Origin: the human T2T-CHM13v2.0 reference genome, Homo sapiens
Assembly (NCBI RefSeq): GCF_009914755.1
Contig: NC_060932.1
Length of the DNA: 64,000 bases
Strand: one strand, 5' to 3'
Part shown: positions 45,631 to 55,988 of the stretch, one piece after another
How the letters are laid out: each line of letters starts with the position of its first letter
How positions within the stretch are numbered: position 1 is the first letter of the stretch
Translations under genes and position numbers: made by a program
Notes under the pieces: generated by a model
The model's database searches: none
Told to the model about the DNA's origin: nothing
Seen by the model: only the letters and a program-made list of their open reading frames with translations

Positions 45631-46414
45631 CTGCCTCCTTTCCTTGAAAAGAGCCTAATTTGCTGGACTTTTTGGAAGTCACCTTGACTAAGATCTGGCC
45701 TTCAGCAGACACTCTTCCTCAAGAAGCTTTCTACCCAGGACTCACCGCTGAAGTGCTTGGTAGGGTTTCCTGCCACAGGTTACTTCAGGTTCCCTCTTGT
45801 CAGAAAGCCCCTAATGCCACAGACACCACTGATGTTAGACTGGATCCTCAGGGCGGGTTCCGTCCCAGGTTATGAATAAAAGCCCAAGACAATCTTGTCA
45901 GAAAGCAGTTCTTTAGCATTTTGGTTGGTTTAACTCAAAAAAGAAAGTCACTCTCCCCACCCCAACCCCCCTTACCTCCTAACTAAAATCCAGCTGTATT
46001 TTTCTCTCAGGGTCAGGAAAACTGCCTTTCAATTGCACAAAATGGACAGAACCCCAAGTTGGGCAGTTGTTTGTGTAGTTTTATCCTTTACACTTTTCTA
46101 AATGTTCTACAAAGAGAACGTTGCTTTTAAAAGAACCAGCCGTTTTAAAAATTGTATTATAGGGTTTCCAAGTTGTTACCTTCTACAAAAATTGCAGTAC
46201 AAGTGGAAGAAAATAACACGGAAAATGAGTGTACGTTTAAAAAGATATATAAACATTTGATAAAAGAAAAGCACCGTTGAAATACAAATTGGCTTCTTAT
46301 ATTAGGGTTTTATTCTGCCAGTTACACTGGAGACTTGTGGGTGGGCCTTAGGGTTTTTTTTTGAACTACTTGCAATGGTAAGGATTGGAGTGTGCTTTTA
46401 GCTGGAGTAGCTGC

Positions 46415-46450
46415 TGTGTGTGTTGTGTGTGTGTGTGTGTGTGTGTGTGT
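46415..46450. repeat. (TG)n microsatellite downstream of the MSC poly(A) site
   Basis: Visible directly. Confidence 0.95.
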
Positions 46451-46769
46451 ATGAGAGACGTGCACCCATGTTAGCCTGAGGAGTGTATGTCTGTCAGGAC
46501 AGCAGGGGCCTCAAGACTCAGGACTTTTATTAGGCCTCCAGTTATGGCCTTCCAGGAAGCCCGGCGCGGAGAAGCAGCAGAATCATAGAGATTAATAAAG
46601 AATAACGTTTGGAAATGGAGTGATCCAAAAGTGATCGCCACCATTCCTCCCGCAATGACCCACCGCCCTGACCAGAGGAGATCAGCCCTTAAAAGTTAAC
46701 TTCTACAGCCAAACCCTCTTAGTAAAGGGCAACAAAGACCACATCCTGACACCTCCAAGGGGCACACGG

Positions 46770-47865
46770 TTTTTACAGCGCGTTTTATTATTCATAAAAA
46801 AATAAATTTATTTACATATGTTATTTCCTGTGGTAGTGCAGCCTCGGGGCAAGGGCGCGTTCCCTATCGCAGGATCACTTGCTATGGTAAGCCGCCCACC
46901 CTGCGCGCTCCTCCGCGCGGGGAAGAACCTGCGCGGCAGGACGTGGTGTTGGAGTTGGGGCGCCCGGAGCGTGGAGTGGGGAGACCTGATGCAGAGAGTC
47001 TGGAGTCGGAGCTGGGGGTGCTGCAGGTAGGAGCAGGAGCGGGGCGGAGAGGGAGGCCCGAAGAAGACCCCACACAGGTTGGCGCAGCGGGGCTTGGGGA
47101 GGCTTCAGCCCAGAAGTGGAGAGGGTTGACAGACGCCTGCCTGATTAGAAAAAGCCGGGAGCTTGGGAAGGAGACGGGATTGAAGAAGCCACCCGGCAGG
47201 GAGGCCGAACGGCCCAGAGCTCTCCGGGTAAAACCCGCCTGCGGTGATCTGGGAAGTGTGTCTCCACCTAGCCCTGCGAGCAGCGGCCTTCCTCCCGCCC
47301 GTTAGAAGGGCGCTGTGCTGGAGTACGAACCCGGCCCAGAGAAGCCACTCGCCCTTCTTTGTCACTTAAAACCCTGTCCCGACGCGGATCTCACGTCTAG
47401 ACCTCTGTCTTTAAAGCGGATGTAGAGCGCGTTCTAACCGTTCCCTAACCATTGTGTCACCGCGAAAGGCCGGGGCTGTGTGGAACCGTCCCGCACGTGT
47501 GCGATGAATCTGGCTCCGCTGAGAACGGATCCGTGGGCTGTCTGGCGCGGGCTGGGGCAGCAGCCGAGAGTTAGTCTACAGAGCTAGGGCCCGAGGGTGG
47601 ACCTGCGTCCGCGTCTCGTCACGAAAGGAAGCTCTTTTTGGAGAGGCAAAACGTGGTCGCCCAGATCCGGCGCAGCTGTAGCCGTGGGCGCTGTGCAGTG
47701 ACAGCCACACCCGCCACCTGTCACGATCACAGTTCCAGGGAAAGGGGAAGGGTCAAGGAGAATCCAGCGGAAACTTCTTCCCATCTCACGAGCTCTCCCT
47801 TCTCTCCGTGGCCCCCAAACACTCGCATTTAACGAATAATCCCATCAAGTGAGTTCCAGTCCGAT
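46770..47865 (-). other. MSC: MSC 3'UTR (about 1.1 kb; 3' end approximate)
   Basis: Runs from the stop codon to the AATAAA hexamers at 46812-46807 and 46789-46784, followed by a GU/U-rich downstream element. Confidence 0.8.
46784..46812 (-). terminator. MSC polyadenylation signals (two AATAAA)
   Basis: Plus-strand TTTATT at 46784-46789 and 46807-46812; downstream minus-strand GTGTGCCCC...GGATGTGGTCTTTGTTGCCCTTT GU-rich element. Confidence 0.8.
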
Positions 47866-47950
47866 TTAAGCGGTGGTTCCACATAGTCTGTTGGCTGCGG
47901 AAACTTCTTTGGTGTCAGAGTCCGGTCTTCCCGAGACCACGAATGGCCAT
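46820..47950. promoter_or_regulatory. Second CpG island over MSC exon 2/3'UTR
   Basis: Dense unmutated CpGs throughout 46820-47950 against a CpG-depleted background. Confidence 0.75.
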
Positions 47951-47952
47951 GT
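47866..47952 (-). CDS. MSC: Musculin coding exon 2, aa 179-206 plus stop ([28 protein letters not shown])
   Basis: Minus-strand acceptor ...ttctttttgatttacAG/ACATGG at 47953/47952; C-terminal LTWPF...RLCGTTA motif shared by MSC/TCF21; TAA at 47868-47866; total 206 aa. Confidence 0.95.
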   Translation of the reverse strand, partial: TWPFVVSGRPDSDTKEVSAANRLCGTTA

Positions 47953-48236
47953 CTGTAAATCAAAAAGAACGTGAGATATTAGAGAGAAACGATTGTCTCA
48001 AACCGAAACAGCTCTCCTACGCGAACCCCAGATATTCCTGACTTGGAGTAGCTAAGATTTTATCAGCATTCTGGGAATTTGCATGTCCTCTCTCTGAACT
48101 AAGATTTTCATTTTACTGGAGGTTGATAATCCGAGACTTGCCATATCCGTTCACGCTTCTTCCTGGACTTTGCCCGCAGGATAATTTGGTGAAACTCATC
48201 TGACTTTGAGGTTCTGTCGTTTAGTTCCCTTCCCCA

Positions 48237-48250
48237 ACACACACACACAC

Positions 48251-48287
<37 letters not shown>
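48237..48287. repeat. (CA)n microsatellite (about 25 units, one interruption) in the MSC intron
   Basis: Visible directly. Confidence 0.95.
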
Positions 48288-48289
<2 letters not shown>

Positions 48290-48366
48290 CATCCACTCCA
48301 AGCTCCAAGTAGGAACTGGGCTTGGACAGGATTTTTCCCAAGCCGGGAGAGCTGGCAGATCAGAGA

Positions 48367-48376
48367 GGGACTTTCC
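48367..48376 (+). promoter_or_regulatory. Canonical NF-kB site in the MSC intron
   Basis: GGGACTTTCC, identical to the Ig-kappa kB element. Confidence 0.6.
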
Positions 48377-48769
48377 AGATAAATCCCATCTGGGGAAACG
48401 TTACTATCTTCCACAAGCAATTTTTCTAAAAATGCAAATGCTCTTTTATAGAGCTCGGCCTTCCCTCCTTTAAGAAAGGGCTTGCCGATTCAAACCTGCC
48501 CGACTCAGCTGGATTAAGTTGGGCAAGGGAGATTTGCCGTCAGTCTGCAACCTGGTGGCAGATGGAGATGGAACCAAGATTTACCCTGGAAGTAGGATAT
48601 TAGTCAATGGCTGTCACTGGGGTACAATGTTCAGAACGATGCAAACAGACACGGAGGGTTGATTCTTCTTCAGGGAAATGGCTGGCCACTCCCTTGATTT
48701 GGGAGAAACTAAACTGGCCTTCTCGTTCCCAGTCCCAGAACCTCCACCCCTTTCGAATTCTTCCCAACG

Positions 48770-49990
48770 GGCTGACCCTGCCCGGCGCCCAGGAGCGCCC
48801 TGGGTATCTCCTGGCTGCTCTCCCGAATCCTTGCGCGCCGCGCCCCTACCAGGTTCACTGGGTGCACGTAGCCGTTCTCATAGCGGTCCTCCTGCAACAG
48901 CTGCCGCAGGTGAGCGATGTAACTGGAAGCCAGCCGGAGCGTGTCCAGCTTGGAGAGCTTAGTGTCGGGGGGCACCCAGGGCAGGCTGGTCTTGAGCCTG
49001 GAGAAGGCTTTGCTCAGCACGCGCATCCGGGCACGCTCACGGGCGTTGGCCGCGTTCCGCTGCGACTGCTTGCACTCTGCGGCTGAGCCCTTGGCCGGGA
49101 GGGGCTTCTTGCCACCACCGCCCGCGCTACCACCTGCGCCGCCGCCCCCAGCCACACGGGGCCGCTTCCTCTTGCAGCCTTCCGCGCTGCCGGCTGTGCC
49201 CAGAGCGCAGCGCTCCTCCTCGCCGTCGGGGTCCTCCTCCTCTGCCGACGAGTTGTCACTGGGCGAGGCGTAGCTGCGCTCTACGCCGCGGAGGGGCGGC
49301 CTCTTGGAGGCGGGGACCGGGTACTCCCGCTGCAGCCCCCGAAGCTCCATCTCCTCCGGATCACTCACCGAGCCCGTGGACATCCCGTTGTCCCCCTTGC
49401 CCACACGCGTCCTCTTTCCTCCCCCCTGGCCAGTCTCGCTGTCTCCGCCTTCCGCTCCCTGGCGGAGGCGGAGGCCAGAGAGCGCTCCAAGGAAGACTAA
49501 AAACCCAGGCCGGGAAGCGCGGGGTGAGAAAGCGAGGTGGGTGGCGAGAGCGTGAGCGCCCCTCTGCTGACCCCGGGGAGCGTGGACTACGAGTTGGCGC
49601 CCAAGTCCAGAATCCGCGCGCACCGCGGTAAGCTGCGCCTTTTGAAAAGGCTATCTGTACTCCTTGGAACAAACCACCCCGGGCAAAGAAGAGGGGGTTG
49701 TAAAGGGGGCCAAGAGGTGGGGCAGGGGCGTGGAAGGGGTGGGGACCGCTTTTCTGCATGCCGAAGAGCGGTTGGTGGAGGCGGGGGAAGGGGACGTCTC
49801 TGCAGAGCCGAGATTTGGGCTCTGAAGCCCGACGGCCCTTCAACATGTCTGCGCAGGATAAGTGAGCTTTCGGGGAGTGAAGGGGCACATCTTGTTCCTA
49901 CCGACGGTGCTTCTACCCCCAGGTAATCTTAGCAGTGGCAAAGATTACCAGACACTTAGAAACGACGGGATTCCGACCTCTGCTTGCCTG
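48770..49990. promoter_or_regulatory. CpG island covering the MSC promoter, 5'UTR and exon 1 (TSS probably about 49600-49720)
   Basis: Very high GC and CpG density; GC/GT boxes GGGGCAGGGGCGTGG and GGAGGCGGGG at about 49720-49790; no ATG on the minus strand between 49384 and about 49750. Confidence 0.85.
48850..49383 (-). CDS. MSC: Musculin (ABF-1/MyoR) coding exon 1, aa 1-178 including the bHLH domain
   Basis: ATG at 49383-49381 gives [16 protein letters not shown]...; Twist/TCF21-type b[59 protein letters not shown]; ends ...YVHPVNL at a phase-0 GT donor (CTG/GTAGGG, intron starts 48849); 534 nt. Confidence 0.97.
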
Positions 49991-52900
49991 CCAGTGTTTC
50001 CAGTAGAACTCAGTTTTCAAGTTAACCATTCATGATGTATGATTGTCTACCCAAGCCTTGCTGGACAAGAGAAAAAGCAGAACAGGCAAACAACATCCAA
50101 CAATGCACAAGTTACCTCTCATTTTCCTCCTCCTTTTCTTATAATATACCTTCATGGTTTACAAAAATGGTTACAATGGTTCGTTGCCTTTTCAAATAAC
50201 ATCTGTAACTTAATGATATTATCTCCAATTTGCAGAACTTGAAGCTGAGCCGCCTAGATAGACGTTAAGTAAAAGACCCAAACTTATTAGGCTAAGTAGA
50301 AAAAAAGATTCAAAATCCGCGTTTTGAAATTCTGGCCCGTCGGTATTCTAGTCAGCTCCGTGCCTCCGGGTCACACATCACTGGATGTTGTAGCTGGTAT
50401 TTTCCACTATCTTGAGAGTTCCATGCGTGATGTGATTTTGTTTTAATACCACAATGCGTGTGTTGGAGGATCCGGCCCTAAAGCTTTGCATTATAATGTA
50501 GGGAATCCTTGCTATTGTATTTAATAGATTGTGTATTGAAGAGCGAGCTCCTGGAAGCAGAATGCTAAGTTAGCACAATCGTCCATTCAAAGTAAAAACG
50601 ACAAAGGAGCACCCTGAATGATCATGTTCCATTCCAAACAAGACTAAAACATCCTGCTCTTCCACACAAGAAAACACAACAATTTTGCAGTCTCATTATT
50701 TCCTAACTCGAAGGTCATCGCAGTTCCTGGTCAGGGGATAAGTACGTCTGTGGATACGGGCCCCAGTGGTCAGAGACTGAGTGCCCGCTGTGTGCCCGTC
50801 ACTGTACTCGCGGCTTGTGAGCAGCTCACTGAGTAATAAAACCCGTATGAGTTTGGCATATGGTTACCCCATTTTACAATGATGAAACTGAGTCGTCACA
50901 CAGGCTTAGGTGTTCACTTGTTCTTTTCCTGAAAGTCCACAGGCTCCCAAGCTGAGCAAGGTGCAAGGGGACCTATGTGGAGTCAGTCCAGGACAGAGCT
51001 GGCAGAGATAGCTGGGCCAGCCTGGCTCCCGCCAGTTCGTACAGCAGAACAAATGCGTCCAGCTCGATGGCTGAAGTGCTGCAACAGGTGGCTGGCAGAG
51101 GCTGACTTCATCACTCAGGCATCATTCCACCTTAGTCTCCCAGGCCACGCTACCCTTAGCAGGGGCGTTTTGGGGCCGGGGGAATGTTTCACATAACCCC
51201 TCCGGCTCACCCACATTTGCAAAGGTTTTCTCCCTGTACAAGTTGTCTTTTGGTTGGGGGCAGGGGGTGGGCTGGTTCTGGGACAATGTGAATAAAAAGA
51301 TCATTTGCCCTCAGCTCTCTCTAGGGTAGGGAAATGCAGGGAATATTTGACAGAGTGTAGAAATCTTTCCTGGAGCGTTTGAACTTGAACTTGACTCTAG
51401 GATCGCCTTGCCAGGTGAAGGAGAGGAGAGCGACAAAGAGGGGCAAAGAGATGGACCGAGGAGAGCCAGGCTAGCTCTCTGCAACGACTATTGATGACTT
51501 GAAGCTATCAGTATAAATATATAGTCTCACACATTAGGGGCAGGCGAATAGGTTTTTAAAATCTGAATTGTTTATACAGGTGCAGAACAAAGTCTTTCTT
51601 TAGAAAAGATTAATGGTGAGGAGAGCGCTAGATTTCTCTAAACAGTCACAAAAACTATACCCAGCCTCAACGCTGAGGAGGTCATGGCCAGTTTCTTTAT
51701 TTCTTGAAGAAATGGTCTGACCCCACCAGTTCGGGCTTATTTTTCACAGCACTCGCCTTTCCCTCCCTGTCTTCTTTCTGTCTTCCCCTCCCTCCCTACT
51801 TCCCTCCCTTTCTCTTCTACTCCATCTCCTCACCCTCCCTCTGTTCGCTTTCAAGAAAGTCAGCTATTTTATTTTGTTTGTTTCATCATCTTTCATTTAA
51901 CCTCCATTTCTTTCATTTTTGTGAAATTAAGTTATATTTTCACTTGTAACTCTGTTTTCAAGTTGCAGACTGGTAATGAAGGTTAGGAAATGTACCTTAT
52001 ATGCATTTTTTATAAGCATATAACTGCAGTTTGCTTTAACATGTTTGTAATATCTGGCATTTGGTCACCTCCTTCCACTTTCAAAGTGCTATTACTTTTT
52101 CTTCTCCTTGGATGATTACAACAGCTTCTCGAGCTGAACAGTGTAAGTATAACTCTCTCTTTTGAAAGCCCAGTGTTTTTCATGGTTTTGACAAGTGACA
52201 TACTGAAATGAATAATACAGCCTTTATTTTTATCTTATAAACACACTGAAATCAATTCCTATTTGCTTATGCTTTACAAACTCTTAGATGTGAAACAGGT
52301 ATAGACTGTTTGTGTGTACATCAATGGTCTTGAAATTCTTTAGTGACATTTAAAAAATATTCAATGGGGTGAGTAGGGCTTAAGTTGCATTATAAAACAA
52401 AATATTTAATAATTCTTTTAATATTACCTTTAATATTTCTTCATCCTGGCTTCCGTGCTTGCTGGATATATGACTTCTGGAATTTGCATTTTTTGAGCCC
52501 TAGTTTTCTAATCTATAAAATGGATTATCTCTCTGAGCGGAAGAGAAAGTATATGAGCAGTTGGCTAGGTCAGAGCCTGGTACATGGGAGAAGATCAGTA
52601 AATGCTAGTTAGTATTATGAATTGCCTTGCCCAATATCACACAGCTAGTAAAAGTTAGGGCAATGACCTGACCCAAGTTTTGTACTCCAGGGCCTATTCT
52701 GGGTTTCAGATAGTACCAGGGTCTTTCATTTGCTTTGACTACAGGCTGCTAGGGTCTGAAGTACATGGTCTCATCACATGACATTTTTCACAGGTCCCAT
52801 GAGGGACTTCACTGAGGGAAAAATGGATGGGACGTCGTTAGAAATTTTCTTTTCGTCCCCCAAATTCTCTCACCCTAAAATTGCAGTGCTTTTCCAAGCC

Positions 52901-53356
52901 TTACTTTCCCTACTGGCATAAAGGATTAAGCCAGAAATCCTGCTGGTGGTGTGGTGTAGGTCAAAGGAGCATGCCCAGGTGGAACACAGATCAGTGCCTA
53001 ACAGATTGAAACATTTAACAATGCAGGCTTGGTTTGTTTTTTAAAAAGGGAGCCATGAGATGGGATGATAATTACACATCATAGAAAAAAGGCCATTTGT
53101 TGCCACTTCCTTCCTCCAACAGCATATTAAGTAATGGGTGAGAAACTCTAGAACTGGGTAGGTCATGTGGACTTAGGACTCAGGAAGAGCAAAGGCTTCC
53201 TCTGTCCTCTGTGAAGGCCATGCCAAAACTATGTAGTGAGTAGGTACTTAAGAAACAGCAGTGGGACCAACCCACAGCCTCCTGTTGCCTGGAGGAATTG
53301 CCATACCTTCGGCCAATTGCCTATACTTTTGATCTAGGAAAATGAATAATCTAGAT

Positions 53357-53662
53357 CAGCACTGGCCAATATGGAAGCCATTAGCCACATTAGGCTATTG
53401 AGCACTTGAAATGTGGCTATTCAGGTACTATAGTGTAAAATGCATAACCAGTATTGAAAACTTACTATGAATAAAAGAATATAAAAGCTCTCATTAATAT
53501 TTTAAAATATAAATTTATGTCAATCTGTGAGGACATTTTGGATCTATTAGGTTAAATGAAATATATTACAAAAATTAATTTCACCATTTAAAATTATTAT
53601 CATATGGTTACTAAAAATGTAGAATTAAATATACCGGTCCCATTATATTTCTATTGGACAAC
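53357..53662. mobile_element. MER3/MER33-type hAT MITE
   Basis: CAGCACTGGCCAATA...AGCCACAT..GGCTATTGAGCACTTGAAATGTGGCT ... CATTATATTTCTATTGGACA termini. Confidence 0.75.
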
Positions 53663-53814
53663 TCAGGGATTAATCTCATGGATTAACTATACCCCTATGG
53701 ACTGAGTATCTACTGTTGGTTGTGGCAAGGTGTTGGTGAGACCCACTCTCACCCACTGGGAGGGCACATTCTTGTGGAAATAAGCTTCTCTGTATTATCC
53801 AGACTGCGTCTTAC

Positions 53815-53990
53815 CACGTGTATTCAACCTCCTGTCTATAACACACCCCACCAGACACACACACGTGCTGGGAAAATGAACGCTCCTCCTCAGTGGTGTG
53901 TTAGTCACATGGAATGCTAGTCCCAGTGTGTGTTGGCCACGTGGCATGCTAGTCACATGGGGAGCCAGTCAGGTGGGGACAGGTCACGTG
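53815..53990. promoter_or_regulatory. E-box cluster (4x CACGTG, 2x CACATG, 1x CAGGTG), candidate enhancer
   Basis: Motifs at 53815, 53862, 53906, 53938, 53954, 53970 and 53985. Confidence 0.55.
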
Positions 53991-55988
53991 TAAGACCCAG
54001 GGTTAGGTCTGGATAACCCAAGGCCTGTCCCTTGTCTGCACAAAGCCTTGGGCTCTGCTCCAGGCTCAGGGCAGCCTCTGTCCTGGTGTTGTGCAGGATG
54101 CCACCACTCTTCAGACCAGGAAAGGAAGAAAACTCCCTTCACCCGGGCTCTACCAGCCATCAGGTTGGGCATCCATGGAAATAGTCAAAGCCTACATGTG
54201 GAGTCCTTTGTCATCCACAACACAAACAGGCCTCTGCTGCTGGTTTATTTATCTAAGGATTGCAGCAAGATTTTTTACCCTTCCCTCCGAAAGTCATGAG
54301 GCCTTAGCATGGAGAAGCCAGTGCCTGGATGGTTTGTGGAGGTTGAAGGTGGAAAAGCCAGGCTTAACAAATAAACAATGAAAAATGGGGCTGGGGGTAG
54401 GCTGGGGAGAGGGAAAGCGATAAGACTCAGCCTTTCAGGAGAAAAGAAAAACGCCCTCATTGATTGTCTTGACAACAAAAACTGTAGGCAGCTTCTGCAG
54501 GAAATTTTTTTTAAACAATATCTCTAGATTTTAGGGAGCAGGTGCTGAGGCTTAACTGTCCTGGGAACCCCAAGTTCCAACTGGAATGCTGTGTGTTTCC
54601 TGTAAATGACTTTGATTACTCAATTGGCCTAGTATAGAAGCCCAGCTTTCAGAAAGTGAAGGTGCTGTAGTGAAGTCTTCTGTAGGAGGCCTGTTTACAT
54701 AATCCGTGGCCCTCCATGATGTTGGAGAATCCTGAAGGATGTTGGAGAATACTAACCCAGTCCTAGTCTGGGTTAGGAGTGTGGCTTGTAGGTCTGAAAA
54801 TAATCTTATTTTGTAAACCCCTGGAACAGCCTTTCACTCTTATGCAGAAGCTAAGAAAGTTCTGTCTCAGGGGATTTTCTCCTTTTAAGTACTTGTGGTT
54901 TTATTGGCAATACCTGGAAATGTGAAAATACTCTGGTACCAAAACAGCCCTTGAAATTGTAGCACACAGCTCTGGTCTCCAGTGTGTGGTCCCAAGCCTA
55001 CCTTGGTTTAATTGTGGAGTTAACCCGGGAGAGAAATATCATCCTGCCATGTGGCATGTACTGAAAAGAGCCCCTTTTGCTGTGGACATGAGGAGATCTC
55101 TGCATTTATCAGCTGAGAGGCCTCAGGCCACATACTTATACTCTTGTAGCTTGTTTCTCTGTGTATAACCCATGAAAGTTGCCAGAGTTAAATGAGATTG
55201 CCAGCATGCAGGCTCCTGTGGAAACTGTGGAGCATTGTAGAAGGTCAGTTATTACATTATTATGCCCATTCTCTCTCCTGTAGGAGCTCATGTTTTCCCT
55301 GTTCCCTCTCCCAGTAGCGGGCCTTGCTCAAAGTGCAACCCCCAGCCATGGCTCATCCCCTATAGAACACCAGCTAAATGCCTCCTGGTGCCAGAAGGAA
55401 GTTCTCATGTAATAGATACTTCCTGGTGTCACAGAACAAGGATTCTGTCCTCTTTGTCAACCAGTCCCTTAACCGACTCATCTATAAAAGAAGGGCCTAA
55501 CTTATTTACGTATGACCTTTGTTTCCCTAGTCCCAAGCCCCTCTGACCTCCAATTCTAAAGTGAGCTCTAACAGATGATCAAAACAGGGAGGTATTTTAG
55601 GAAATATGCCCACTTCTCATAGTACTTTTTCCCCCTTTGGCTCATTTGTGCTACTCTGTCCAGTTAGCAGAAACAAACAAATAAACAAAAATAACCCAAC
55701 TACATTCCTCTTCAGGTTTCAGTTTTAAAGGAGGAACCCTTGAGGATATTGGAAACAGAACTACTTAAGGTATTCTCATGCTTTGTTTCATCACTCCGTT
55801 CCTATTTCTTCTTACATTGCCACCTTTAAGCAACTTCCTCTAGGAAAGGGACCAACAAAATTAAAATAAGTAAGAGGAAAACAAAAAGATTAAATGGTAA
55901 ACTTAATGAAGGCGGAGGCTGTGTCTTGTTCATAGGGATATCCCTAGTGTCTAGCAACTCATGAAAGGTACTACCTAAATATTTGATG

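Larger units (their letters stand above)
47953..48849 (-). other. MSC: MSC single intron (897 nt, GT-AG)
   Basis: Bounded by the donor and acceptor that join the two coding exons in frame. Confidence 0.93.

Noticed and set aside
46818-47832. Short ORFs in the MSC 3'UTR island
   Set aside because: Low-complexity, GC-driven ORFs with no homology recognised
48607-49926. Multiple overlapping 80-175 aa ORFs on both strands around MSC exon 1
   Set aside because: Expected by-products of GC-rich CpG-island sequence; no recognisable domains
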